Positions 55,453 through 64,000 of a stretch of 64,000 nucleotides of DNA are shown here, piece by piece. The stretch lies in sequence record PQ863253.1; one strand, given 5' to 3'. Position 1 is the stretch's first letter. The number at the start of each line of letters is the position of its first letter. The position numbers and the translations under genes are program-made. Source of the stretch: Escherichia phage Ptacy1496. Below the pieces are notes generated by a model, which saw only the letters and a list, made by a program, of their open reading frames with translations, ran no database searches and was not told the DNA's origin.

Positions 55453-55605
55453 TCAATTAGTTGACTTTGTTATAATATCATCAGACACTTGATTTGTAAA
55501 CTGGTCTGTGTTATTTTCTTCAAAAATTTTTTCTACGAATTCCTTGAACGACTCGCGTTCCTGAGCTACATTATGTTCGATTACCATTTCAAGATTATGA
55601 CTCAT
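55453..55605 (-). CDS. Possible small acidic protein, 50 aa, between arn and asiA
   Basis: ATG overlaps arn stop in an ATGA arrangement; contains the asiA promoter within its coding sequence. Confidence 0.3.
   Translation of the reverse strand: MSHNLEMVIEHNVAQERESFKEFVEKIFEENNTDQFTNQVSDDIITKSTN
55472..55501 (-). promoter_or_regulatory. Early promoter for asiA (-35 GTTTACA, 17 nt spacer, -10 TATTAT)
   Basis: Motifs read on minus strand 30-60 nt upstream of asiA ATG. Confidence 0.6.
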
Positions 55606-55880
55606 TCGAAATAATCTTCAATTTCGTAATCATGGACATAAATCATTATAGTTTTTAATACATCATCAATACTTTTTCCTGGAGCTGGAATTACGTAAAA
55701 ATATCCTGCTTTTGAGAGGTCTTTATAAGTTCCAACCAAGAAATCATTATTCTCGAGATGTAATTCTTCAACTAATTCATTAACAATTGAATGGTATAAA
55801 TTTGGTAGAAACTTATATAGCTTTTCTAGAATATCAATTTTGATTGTATATTGAACCACAGATTGAGAATCAATAATCAT
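55602..55880 (-). CDS. arn: Anti-restriction nuclease Arn
   Basis: 92 aa; recognised as T4 Arn by size, position and sequence. Confidence 0.8.
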   Translation of the reverse strand: MIIDSQSVVQYTIKIDILEKLYKFLPNLYHSIVNELVEELHLENNDFLVGTYKDLSKAGYFYVIPAPGKSIDDVLKTIMIYVHDYEIEDYFE

Positions 55881-55963
55881 AGACCTTCCCCTTATGTTTC
55901 TGTTTGCGATTAGATTCTTTAAACGCTTTCTTCTTATCTTTATGAACAGAAGCTTTATTAAAA

Positions 55964-56182
55964 TTATGCTTTGCGACTAAATTGTTCATAGTGCTGAATT
56001 ACCTCTCTCAAACATTTGCATGTGAATGAAAACTTTTTAGCTACACCACATTCAAATATATGTTCTCTTAAATCGCGTGTATCCGTATATCCCATCTCAA
56101 CAATAAAATGTCGTATTAGATTTTTATCTTTATCATTGAGAGAATTAAAATAATCGGATTTTGAATTAATTTCCCTGGCCAA
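55964..56182 (-). CDS. Hypothetical protein (arn.1 position)
   Basis: 72 aa ORF. Confidence 0.5.
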   Translation of the reverse strand: MAREINSKSDYFNSLNDKDKNLIRHFIVEMGYTDTRDLREHIFECGVAKKFSFTCKCLREVIQHYEQFSRKA

Positions 56183-56462
56183 ATTGAATCACCTTCAGTT
56201 GACGTTTTAGTTCTTTTATCATTTCTTCATTCATCGCAATATAAAGATCGCGTAAAGCGGGTTTTAACATTCCATTTACTGGAGAACTAAATGGACATAC
56301 ATAATCTTTTCCTACAAGCTTTTTAGTAAATTCCATATCACAGAACTTAAATCCCGGCTCATTGGTATAAATTCCCCAATTAGTTGACATCATTTTATTG
56401 GCATATTCTAGTGCCTGGATTTGATTCATAATTCCATCAATTTGAAACTTTTTAATATTCAT
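56166..56462 (-). CDS. Hypothetical protein (arn.2 position)
   Basis: 98 aa ORF. Confidence 0.55.
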   Translation of the reverse strand: MNIKKFQIDGIMNQIQALEYANKMMSTNWGIYTNEPGFKFCDMEFTKKLVGKDYVCPFSSPVNGMLKPALRDLYIAMNEEMIKELKRQLKVIQFGQGN

Positions 56463-56923
56463 TAGTAAAGGTCCTCAGAGTAAAGTTCTTTTTCACTACC
56501 ACCACGTTCAATACGTACTTGTCCAGCGTAAGTTGCAATAATCATTGCTTCTTCACGTGTCCAATAATTACTGTATTGGTCAATAAACCCTTGGTCATCA
56601 TCACAAACTTGTTGAGTAACTAATTGAGGTTTAACTACATCTAAAACTTCTGCCATATCTTTAGAATAATGACGAGCACCTGGAATAATAAGAGTTCGTC
56701 CATCTTTTAATTTAAAACGGTTGGCTGCACAGACAATTCGTCGTTGATACTTTTGGTTTTCATCCCAATACGCAGTCTGCCAACAGATTTCAGGAACTTC
56801 TTTCAGAATATCTTCTTCTGTGCATTTATAACCATGCGCTTTAAATTTTTCAGCAAGACTTTCTGGAGTTTCACGAGATAAAGGAACATTCAGCATTTTT
56901 AAACGATTGATAAATGGGTTCAT
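56462..56923 (-). CDS. Hypothetical protein (arn.3 position)
   Basis: 153 aa ORF. Confidence 0.6.
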   Translation of the reverse strand: MNPFINRLKMLNVPLSRETPESLAEKFKAHGYKCTEEDILKEVPEICWQTAYWDENQKYQRRIVCAANRFKLKDGRTLIIPGARHYSKDMAEVLDVVKPQLVTQQVCDDDQGFIDQYSNYWTREEAMIIATYAGQVRIERGGSEKELYSEDLY

Positions 56924-57249
56924 TTAAACCATCCTTTAATACGTTGCCACAAAGTTTTCTGCTGAGCTTTGTTAACACCAATTGAACGAATAACCGGTTG
57001 AGATTCCTGGAATTCTTTATAATCGGCAAGGTAAATTTCGTAAGCTGCATCCGTAAATGAACTTATCGCTGCCATAAAATTATTGCGAATACCTACTGGA
57101 GCATCTTTACTTTCACGAATAATCATGTATTTACCAGTCTTAATCTTTACGATAGTTCCAAGATAAGCTCCATGGTACCAGATGTCCCAACCCTCTTGAG
57201 TAGGTTCTACACAACGACGAAGTTCATTGACAATTTCTAACTTGTTCAT
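56920..57249 (-). CDS. Hypothetical protein (arn.4 position)
   Basis: 109 aa ORF. Confidence 0.55.
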   Translation of the reverse strand: MNKLEIVNELRRCVEPTQEGWDIWYHGAYLGTIVKIKTGKYMIIRESKDAPVGIRNNFMAAISSFTDAAYEIYLADYKEFQESQPVIRSIGVNKAQQKTLWQRIKGWFK

Positions 57250-57259
57250 TATTTATTCC

Positions 57260-57895
57260 TCACAGTTCAGATGCTACAGTGATTACAGCTTCAATGTTTT
57301 CTGCCGAGCGTTTAATGTCAAGATACACATTACCGTTTTTAGCGATTTTACATGACATTCCGATATCAGTAAATTTCTGAATATGATGTTCCATCATTTT
57401 GTATCCAAAAATTCGCATATTTCCATTATTGTTAATTTCAAAATTACGAATTCCGTGAGTGCGTTTTTCTAAAATGGCAAGATAATTACTACGATAAGTT
57501 TCAACCTTTTTAAGAACAAATCCATTTTCATCTAAAAGTTTTAACATGAGGTCTTTATCTTCTTCCATATCAGAAGTAATCTCACGAGCTTTACGAGTTG
57601 CTCGTTTTTTCAGTAGTTCCGGAGCATTTTTCTGCGCGTATAAAGTTGCTGCGTTTGAAATAATATCTTGAGCTTCACCTGTAATGATTAATCCATCACC
57701 AGATTTCTCCACCAGGCCTTTTTTAATCAATACCCCAATATTACTATTAACTACTGCGTTACCTAAATCTGGATGCACCTCACGAACTTCTGCGGCTGTA
57801 ATGAAATCTTTCTTAGCAATAGTAATTAAAATCGCAGCAGTTTTTTCATTCAGAACATCGTTAGAAGCTTTGATGATGTAAGTCACTTTAGACAT
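57260..57895 (-). CDS. motA: Middle transcription activator MotA
   Basis: 211 aa; recognised as T4 MotA. Confidence 0.93.
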   Translation of the reverse strand: MSKVTYIIKASNDVLNEKTAAILITIAKKDFITAAEVREVHPDLGNAVVNSNIGVLIKKGLVEKSGDGLIITGEAQDIISNAATLYAQKNAPELLKKRATRKAREITSDMEEDKDLMLKLLDENGFVLKKVETYRSNYLAILEKRTHGIRNFEINNNGNMRIFGYKMMEHHIQKFTDIGMSCKIAKNGNVYLDIKRSAENIEAVITVASEL

Positions 57896-57931
57896 TTTAA
57901 TCTCCGTTTCAGTTCATTTATTTGATAGGTC

Positions 57932-57960
57932 TATAGTATCATGTTTAAAGCAGAAGTAAA
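57932..57960 (-). promoter_or_regulatory. Early promoter for motA (-35 GTTTAC, -10 TACTAT)
   Basis: Motifs with 17 nt spacer; leader CTATCAAATAAATGAACTGAAAC shared with promoter at 58268-58340. Confidence 0.6.
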
Positions 57961-57999
57961 CACTTTTTGCACTCTTTTTCAAGAGCTCTAATAAAGTAC

Positions 58000-58227
58000 T
58001 TACTTAATGTTCAGATTACGAACTTCGATTTCGTCTTCATGGGCAAAATCAAACTGTTTGAATTCTGTGTCACCTTTAAATTTAAAAATCATTGTGAAGA
58101 AAGTCAGAACACCAGGTTTTTCTTCACGAACTCCACAGATATCATATTCAATACCATCTACAACCAGTTTGTTAGCAGTCAGAGCATTTTTAGCTTTAAC
58201 GATTTCGTTTTCGATTTTAAATTTCAT
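58000..58227 (-). CDS. Hypothetical protein, 75 aa, in its own promoter-terminator cassette (motA.1 position)
   Basis: ORF with GGAG RBS directly downstream of cassette at 58268-58358. Confidence 0.6.
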   Translation of the reverse strand: MKFKIENEIVKAKNALTANKLVVDGIEYDICGVREEKPGVLTFFTMIFKFKGDTEFKQFDFAHEDEIEVRNLNIK

Positions 58228-58267
58228 TTTTTGTATCTCCGGGTTGTTTGTTTCAGTTCATTTATTT

Positions 58268-58358
58268 GATAGTTGTATAGTACCACAGTATGCTTTGGTT
58301 GTAAACCGTTTTGTGAAAAAATTTTTGAAATAAAAAAGGGAGAGCCGAGGCTCTCCCT
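58268..58358 (-). promoter_or_regulatory. Terminator (GGGAGAGCC stem-loop plus U-run) and early promoter cassette (PeSL-like), paralogous to 40999-41087
   Basis: About 57 bp identical to the gene 32-downstream cassette outside the 17 nt spacer, including gatagttgtatagtac and tgtaaaccgttttgtgaaaaaatttttgaaataaaaaaggg. Confidence 0.65.
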
Positions 58359-58362
58359 AAAA

Positions 58363-58512
58363 TTACTGCATGACTGTGATAACTGTCATGATAACACGTT
58401 GAATTCCGAACGCAAGAAGACCTCCTGCTACGGCAGGAACAACACCTAAACCCGCCAGTAAAATGCCACCAGATACTAATGCAGCGCTTGTGATACCAAT
58501 GAATGGACTCAT
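58363..58512 (-). CDS. Small hydrophobic protein, 49 aa, start overlapping the gene 52 stop (ATGA)
   Basis: Hand translation MSPFIGITSAALVSGGILLAGLGVVPAVAGGLLAFGIQRVIMTVITVMQ; GAGG RBS; Gly-zipper-like TM segment. Confidence 0.55.
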   Translation of the reverse strand: MSPFIGITSAALVSGGILLAGLGVVPAVAGGLLAFGIQRVIMTVITVMQ

Positions 58513-59837
58513 TTGATTTCCTCTAAATCTTTGGTGTATTCTGTAACTACATCAGTAGTTTTCCAATATTCGTTTTCTTCTTTTTTGGCTTTAGCTTCTT
58601 CAGCAAGTTTCTTTGCTTCGTCGGAAGTCATATGAAAAATGTTCATTCCAACTAGTTTATCAACATAAGAAGAATACACATCAATTTTAGAAAGTTCTTC
58701 GGTCAGTTCTTTGCGAGTTTTACCTTGTACAACAATTTCACCTGAAATTACTTTCTTAATGAAATGTGCCTTGGCAAAAGCTAAACGAAATGCTGATTCA
58801 GTTTCTTTGATTTTGTTATCAATTCGTTTTTGGACATAAGTTTTACGAACTTCAACGAAGTCTTTGATTAAATCAACTACATTATCGTAAACTTGCAGCT
58901 TTCCTTTCTCATTAATGACGGTAATATTCTGGGAACGACGCTCAATCAACCCGAAGTCTTTCATAATTTTTGCATGGCGTTCTTCTTCATTATCGCTCAA
59001 AGAGTATTCTTTTCGGAATTTAACTTTGAAGCCAAAGCCATGCTCACCACAAGCATCATCCCATGTAATGAAGCCTTTATCTTCAAGCGGGTCTAAGATT
59101 TTACTCACATAAGTTTCACGATCATACTTATATGGAATCTCAGTGATATGCATTTGAGTTCGTGAAGTAAACTTATATGTTCCACGAATTTCATATTGCC
59201 CATCAATTTCAACGACTTCACCACGAAATTCTGGGAATTCTACCTTCGGTTTAGTTACTTTCTTTCCTTGAAGAGCTTGCAGTACAGCTTTCTTGACAGA
59301 AGAAACACTATGAGGAAGAATGTAAGTTGCATAACCAGTTGCAATACCGGAAACGCCATTAAGAAGAACAGTAGGAATAATAGGCAAATAGAAAGCAGGC
59401 GGAATGTGTTCTTTATCTTGATGTACTGGAGCATATTCAGTATCTTTATATACGTTATAGAAATTTTTACTTACACGAGCAAAAATATAACGACTTGCTG
59501 CTGCCTTTTGGACAGTACGAGAACCAAAGTTTCCTTGACCGTCTAACAGAGGAAAGTTATTATTCCAAGTGTTAGCCATCAAAGCACCTGCGTCTTGCGC
59601 AGAGTTTTCACCATGATGATATCCAAGGTCAGCTACACCGCCTGCGATAGAAGCGAGTTTGTGAAACTTATCTTTATTTCCTCGTGCCAAATCAAGAGCT
59701 CGAGCAATAACAAATCGTTGAACTGGCTTAAATCCGTCAATCATATTTGGAATGGCACGATTTTCAACCGTGTACATAGCATAAGCCAATGCTTCATTAT
59801 CAATGATACTTTTTAAATCACGATTATTCAGTTGCAT
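58509..59837 (-). CDS. 52: DNA topoisomerase II medium subunit gp52
   Basis: 442 aa; gyrase A-like N-terminal region; recognised as T4 gp52. Confidence 0.95.
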   Translation of the reverse strand: MQLNNRDLKSIIDNEALAYAMYTVENRAIPNMIDGFKPVQRFVIARALDLARGNKDKFHKLASIAGGVADLGYHHGENSAQDAGALMANTWNNNFPLLDGQGNFGSRTVQKAAASRYIFARVSKNFYNVYKDTEYAPVHQDKEHIPPAFYLPIIPTVLLNGVSGIATGYATYILPHSVSSVKKAVLQALQGKKVTKPKVEFPEFRGEVVEIDGQYEIRGTYKFTSRTQMHITEIPYKYDRETYVSKILDPLEDKGFITWDDACGEHGFGFKVKFRKEYSLSDNEEERHAKIMKDFGLIERRSQNITVINEKGKLQVYDNVVDLIKDFVEVRKTYVQKRIDNKIKETESAFRLAFAKAHFIKKVISGEIVVQGKTRKELTEELSKIDVYSSYVDKLVGMNIFHMTSDEAKKLAEEAKAKKEENEYWKTTDVVTEYTKDLEEIK

Positions 59838-59841
59838 AAAT

Positions 59842-59982
59842 TTACCATACTAGTGAATGTAGTGCCATAATAACATCAGAAATGAAAAGCACGACTTGAA
59901 TTAATCCGAACATTATTCCGTAATATAATGCTATCAATAAAATAGCAAGGGCTAATGAATAGCCCAAGATTTTCTTAATCAT
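59842..59982 (-). CDS. Small hydrophobic protein, 46 aa (52.1 position)
   Basis: Hand translation MIKKILGYSLALAILLIALYYGIMFGLIQVVLFISDVIMALHSLVW. Confidence 0.5.
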   Translation of the reverse strand: MIKKILGYSLALAILLIALYYGIMFGLIQVVLFISDVIMALHSLVW

Positions 59983-60133
59983 TAGTAGATAACAACACAA
60001 ATGTTAAATATGCACACATACCCTGAGCTAAAGCTTGCGAAAACACACTGCTGGCATCAATACAGATAGTTAAAACACATGCTACTATCCAACAAATAAA
60101 TGAAATAACTCCTAATAATTTTGCGATATTCAT
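59975..60133 (-). CDS. ac: Small membrane protein Ac (acriflavine sensitivity), 52 aa
   Basis: Hand translation MNIAKLLGVISFICWIVACVLTICIDASSVFSQALAQGMCAYLTFVLLSTND; size and position between 52 and stp. Confidence 0.6.
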   Translation of the reverse strand: MNIAKLLGVISFICWIVACVLTICIDASSVFSQALAQGMCAYLTFVLLSTND

Positions 60134-60140
60134 ATTTTCC

Positions 60141-60221
60141 TCACTGGCGTCCGAAGACGCCTTTAGTTTTAAGATTATTACGATAGAACTGCATCACGTG
60201 TTCGTTGTGGAAATTACTCAT
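60141..60221 (-). CDS. stp: Stp peptide (26 aa), suppressor of pseT phenotype / host restriction modulator
   Basis: Hand translation [26 protein letters not shown] matches T4 Stp; start overlaps ndd stop. Confidence 0.85.
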
Positions 60222-60679
60222 TAATATGCCTGCAAAACGAATTTAAAATTATCAGCCAACATACGGTTCATTTCTTCAAGTGTTTGATACTCAGAATGAT
60301 GATTACGAGTAAACGCTAAAGCTAACTGTCCTTTTCCAAATCCCGTCGTCAGAGGTTTCATCTTAGAAGCAGGCAGATAAAATACTGTGTATACCATATT
60401 GTTATTTGCAATAGTACGTGCAAGCTGAGACCGACGTTGACGAATATGACTTAGAACTGCACTGAATCCTTGCTTAGAACGCTGATTACCTACATAAAAT
60501 CGTGCAGACACACATGGATTACTAAATGGACGACCATCTAATTTACTTACTAAAAAATAAAATCCAGGTTTAGATAAAATATCTTTATGCGGAGTTCCCA
60601 AAAACCACTCACCACCCTTGATTGTGCCAATAACAGTAGCGCCTGCATTATTCAGATCAGTAACAGTCATGTATTTCAT
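60221..60679 (-). CDS. ndd: Nucleoid disruption protein Ndd
   Basis: 152 aa from [13 protein letters not shown]; recognised as T4 Ndd. Confidence 0.88.
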
Positions 60680-60739
60680 ATTAATTTCCTCTAAATTATT
60701 TTCTACTCCAAGGCCGCGTGTATTCATGCGGCCATTAAA

Positions 60740-60955
60740 TTAATCGTCGCAGTCGACGCTCAATTCCCAAAACTCTTCTACGGTATAAGTTTCAGTATCA
60801 TTTTCAATACAGAAACGTTCATTACTGTTATTTGCTAAAGTAGCGTTAACTGTCATTTTCTCGCTGGTGCTCTTAAGAGGTGAAATACGAATTAACTGAT
60901 CACCACTATCCAAGCAAAAAATTTCACCAACTTTTACATCTTTAAAGATTTTCAT
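60740..60955 (-). CDS. Hypothetical protein (ndd.1 position)
   Basis: 71 aa ORF. Confidence 0.55.
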   Translation of the reverse strand: MKIFKDVKVGEIFCLDSGDQLIRISPLKSTSEKMTVNATLANNSNERFCIENDTETYTVEEFWELSVDCDD

Positions 60956-61070
60956 AATTCACCTCAAGGAGTATAAAATCCAAATGCAGTTGTTGACCAT
61001 CCCATCCAATATGGAAAATTTGCGCCAATGTAAAACATAAGAATATAAAACCAACCACTCAGCAAATTCA

Positions 61071-61289
61071 TCATTTTACACCATTCCAAATTGTTTCAAC
61101 CACGGATTTTAAACCATTTTGATGAATATCCATTCCGACTACCGTCATCAAATAAATTCCAACTACAACTGAACCTAAGGCAAAAATCAGCATGAAAATG
61201 AATAAAGCCGGAAAAATATTATCGAAAAACCATTCAATAAATGTAAAAGCACTGCGTTTACGCTTCATATTTTCCTCACATAAATCCAA
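61071..61289 (-). CDS. Hypothetical membrane protein, 72 aa
   Basis: ORF with two predicted hydrophobic helices. Confidence 0.55.
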   Translation of the reverse strand: MDLCEENMKRKRSAFTFIEWFFDNIFPALFIFMLIFALGSVVVGIYLMTVVGMDIHQNGLKSVVETIWNGVK

Positions 61290-61389
61290 AGTAAACGTTT
61301 AATACATCAATCATTAAAACGATTGGGAATATACTCAAAACTATTAGTATTATAACTACATTCCATATAGCTTTAACAATCTTTTTCAT
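61276..61389 (-). CDS. Small membrane peptide, 37 aa, downstream of early promoter at 61400-61450
   Basis: MKKIVKAIWNVVIILIVLSIFPIVLMIDVLNVYFGFM with GGAGG RBS. Confidence 0.5.
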   Translation of the reverse strand: MKKIVKAIWNVVIILIVLSIFPIVLMIDVLNVYFGFM

Positions 61390-61632
61390 TTTCTGTTCCT
61401 CCGTAGTTGATAGGGTAATAGTACCACGGAAGAACAGTCTTGTAAACAACTTTTTTAAAAATATTCGTAATAAATGTGAATACCAATCACTACTGCCGAA
61501 ACTTGTGCAACCCACCATGCACACGCAATAAGTACAGAATTCAAAATTTTCATAATAACCTCATCACAAAAGTAAATGTTAAACAAATTACTGGAATACT
61601 AATTAACCAAACAAAACACCAACATAATGAAC

Positions 61633-61896
61633 TCATAGTTCAATCTCAACGATTTCCAAGTGTTTTTGTTTTATTGCCTTTTTAACACAATCATGGACTA
61701 AATATGACCATGAATCATTATATTCTCCATTAACTAATCGTTGGAGATCTTCACGTGATGATAAGTAAGGTTGATCTGATTCCCATTTTGATAAAAATAC
61801 TGCAGTAAAAATATCTCCTTCATCTGTAGTTGAAGTCGTAAATGCAATAAATTCACCGGTAATTTTATGTTTAGCGTAATAAAATTTAAATTTCAT
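61633..61896 (-). CDS. Hypothetical protein, 87 aa, downstream of early promoter at 61900-61970
   Basis: Start at MKFKFYYAK with GGAGGAG RBS; ORF track extension upstream is promoter read-through. Confidence 0.6.
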   Translation of the reverse strand: MKFKFYYAKHKITGEFIAFTTSTTDEGDIFTAVFLSKWESDQPYLSSREDLQRLVNGEYNDSWSYLVHDCVKKAIKQKHLEIVEIEL

Positions 61897-61970
61897 TTTT
61901 ACTCCTCCGTAGCTGATAGCTGTATAGTACCACGGTCCTTGTGGTATGTAAACTGTTTTGTGAAAATTTT

Positions 61971-62528
61971 TTAAATGGAAAGATACCATCCATTGTAGTT
62001 GCTTTTTCTTACAACCTTACGAAGGTCTTCTCTGTCACCGATGAACTTCGGAGTGTACTGGATAACACCTGGATGAATTTCTTTAGTGTTGAATATAATT
62101 ATACAGTCAGCGACTTGATGATTTAGAATGGGCCCTAGATTTATTCCAGAACCGTATGGATACTCTCCGCTGCATCCTGTTGTTACAGAAATCCAACGTG
62201 AGCCAGTTTGATGTGTCTTAACTTCTACACGAAGCCCACAGTATTTTGGATGTGCTAAAACATCCCACGCGTATGTATATGGATCATCGACATCTTCTTG
62301 ACCTTTATTAACATACCCGCTTAGCCAATCTGCTACAAAAAACTCTGCGTATACAGCAATACGACATCTTTCAATAACTTCTGCTTTATCCTGGTTCGGG
62401 TTTTGTTTTAAAGAGTATCTTGCAGTATCAGCAATTTTGACCTTCATTTCGCTAGTCAAGTCACTGTTCGATAGGGTAAATGTCGGAATCTGAAATAGTC
62501 TCTGTAAACCCGGATTCGTTTTCTGCAT
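61971..62528 (-). CDS. denB: Endonuclease IV
   Basis: 185 aa; recognised as T4 EndoIV. Confidence 0.88.
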   Translation of the reverse strand: MQKTNPGLQRLFQIPTFTLSNSDLTSEMKVKIADTARYSLKQNPNQDKAEVIERCRIAVYAEFFVADWLSGYVNKGQEDVDDPYTYAWDVLAHPKYCGLRVEVKTHQTGSRWISVTTGCSGEYPYGSGINLGPILNHQVADCIIIFNTKEIHPGVIQYTPKFIGDREDLRKVVRKSNYNGWYLSI

Positions 62529-62790
62529 TTAGACTTTCCTTTTTACCACTGAGATAAGCGTTATATACTTTAAGAGTGCCGTAATAAATTCGGTCATTTT
62601 CATCTAAAGACTCGCGGTCAAGTTCATCGAGCTCCTTTTTATCCATGACTATAACATCATTACAGTAAAGAAACCCAAGTTTTTCGTGACCAAACTCAAA
62701 TTTATTACAGTACACAATATTAGCGTGATGATTTCCGTGCAGTTTAATCTCTTTTATGTCGGAATCACCGATATTCATACAATAAATCAT
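62461..62790 (-). CDS. Hypothetical protein (denB.1 position), 3' end overlapping denB start
   Basis: 109 aa ORF with AAGGA RBS. Confidence 0.5.
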   Translation of the reverse strand: MIYCMNIGDSDIKEIKLHGNHHANIVYCNKFEFGHEKLGFLYCNDVIVMDKKELDELDRESLDENDRIYYGTLKVYNAYLSGKKESLNAENESGFTETISDSDIYPIEQ

Positions 62791-62805
62791 AATTTTTCCT
62801 TAAAA

Positions 62806-62822
62806 CAAAAGGGCCGAAGCCC
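62806..62822 (-). terminator. GGGC-UUCG-GCCC hairpin followed by U-rich tract on minus strand
   Basis: Inverted repeat plus UUUUGUUUUAAGG downstream on minus strand. Confidence 0.5.
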
Positions 62823-62827
62823 TTATT

Positions 62828-63022
62828 TTATTTGAATTGTGCAATTCTTTTCTCTAGACATTCAGCATAAGATTTCATTGAGATAAACTGCGAAAGTAAC
62901 AGTTCTTGCTCAACTGCATTAACTGTTAGAAACTTTGCGCTTTCTAAAAATTTGCTCAGTGCATTAATTTTGAGCATTAATTGATCGTATTCTTCTTTTA
63001 CTCGTGCTTGATAACCTAACAT
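62828..63022 (-). CDS. Hypothetical protein, 64 aa
   Basis: ORF preceded by GAGG RBS and GGGC-UUCG-GCCC hairpin. Confidence 0.5.
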   Translation of the reverse strand: MLGYQARVKEEYDQLMLKINALSKFLESAKFLTVNAVEQELLLSQFISMKSYAECLEKRIAQFK

Positions 63023-63050
63023 AATTTTCCTCAGTTAAGGGCCGAAGCCC

Positions 63051-63989
63051 TTATTTAAATTGTTCAGTAACGTCTTCAACTACTTCGTATTGGCAGGTAC
63101 GCATTTTAGCATCGTTGTAATCAATCGGAATTGATACTACATCACGCGGATGTACTTTAACTTTTACAACTCGGCTAGTTGAACTGCCAAAGTGACGAAT
63201 ATAAGATTTAGAACACACATGCAGACCGCGAGAACAAGTTTGTGTATCATCGTCATTCACACGAGTACGTGGCATTTTAACTACTTTACCAGGGCTGTTA
63301 TCAAAAGTATTTGAATGACAGTCAAAGTAATTACTGCGAACTACTTTCCAAGCATAGAAGTAACCGTCTTCTGTAATTTCAATATCGTTTGCTACCAAGA
63401 AATCAAAGAGTCGAGATACCGCTTTTTGGCTTGGGTTTTCCAACAGATTTTCCAAGAACGGAAAATAGAATTCAAAGTTTTCGCCTTTTTCCATCGAGTC
63501 AAGAATACGATCAACCAAACCAGATCGCAATTCAATATTTTGATAGAACAAGCTTCCACCTTCAATTCGAACATCGCCGGAAATATATTTTTCAACAGCG
63601 CGACGAACATTAATTTTTTGTGCCGCTTCTTCCAACTTATCCGCTACAAGCAGATTAAGAATTTCCTGGAAGTTTGAATGAGTATTAGGAGTTGCGTTAT
63701 AAGTTACACCGTCAACAGTAATTGAAATGAATTTTTTAGATGCATTCCAAATAATGTCAGATTTAGCAACTGGAGCAATAACTACATCGCTATTAACTTT
63801 AACTGTAATATCACCGCTAATAGTAACTTTAGAGCGTTTAGCTTCTTCAGCATTTTTCAAAACACGACGGATTGTGTCAACCGATACACCTTGCCAATCA
63901 GCCAATTCCTGTTGGGTGTAATTACCACTTGAATACAGCTTAACAATTTCAGCTTGTTCGTTTTTGGTCAGGCATTTAATATTGTACAT
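63051..63989 (-). CDS. rIIB: RIIB, rapid lysis / exclusion protein
   Basis: 312 aa; recognised as T4 rIIB. Confidence 0.93.
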   Translation of the reverse strand: MYNIKCLTKNEQAEIVKLYSSGNYTQQELADWQGVSVDTIRRVLKNAEEAKRSKVTISGDITVKVNSDVVIAPVAKSDIIWNASKKFISITVDGVTYNATPNTHSNFQEILNLLVADKLEEAAQKINVRRAVEKYISGDVRIEGGSLFYQNIELRSGLVDRILDSMEKGENFEFYFPFLENLLENPSQKAVSRLFDFLVANDIEITEDGYFYAWKVVRSNYFDCHSNTFDNSPGKVVKMPRTRVNDDDTQTCSRGLHVCSKSYIRHFGSSTSRVVKVKVHPRDVVSIPIDYNDAKMRTCQYEVVEDVTEQFK

Positions 63990-64000
63990 AATTTTCCTTA

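Overview
This window reads as a contiguous 64 kb segment of a virulent T-even (T4-like, Tequatrovirus-type) coliphage genome, running from the last 40 codons of the major capsid gene 23 to rIIB. Gene identities were assigned by recognising protein sequences and lengths from memory of T4; no database search was run. The order is 23(end)-24-rnlB-hoc-inh-uvsW-uvsY-25-26-51-27-28-29-48-54-alt paralog-alt-30-(30.x)-rIII-31-cd-pseT-spanins-alc-rnlA-denA-nrdB-mobE-nrdA-td-frd-32-segG-59-33-dsbA-rnh-34-35-36-37-38-t-asiA-arn-motA-52-ac-stp-ndd-denB-rIIB. Late promoters (TATAAATA), early sigma70-type promoters (GTTTAC -35 and TAnTAT-like -10) with adjacent stem-loop terminators, and many C(UUCG)G-type hairpins are visible. 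The phage is not T4 itself: td and nrdB are intron-less, segD is absent, Hoc carries an extra Ig-like domain, gene 38 is the T2/T6-type glycine-rich adhesin and gp37 ends in a self-cleaving chaperone-like domain. I found no integrase, transposase, CRISPR array, tRNA or obvious multi-gene defence island. The most interesting items are a tandem pair of Alt-type ADP-ribosyltransferase paralogs, an extra ORF inserted between frd and td, duplicated early promoter/terminator cassettes flanking small accessory ORFs, and the tail-fibre tip module. Novelty of any of these relative to sequenced T-even genomes cannot be established without a database comparison.
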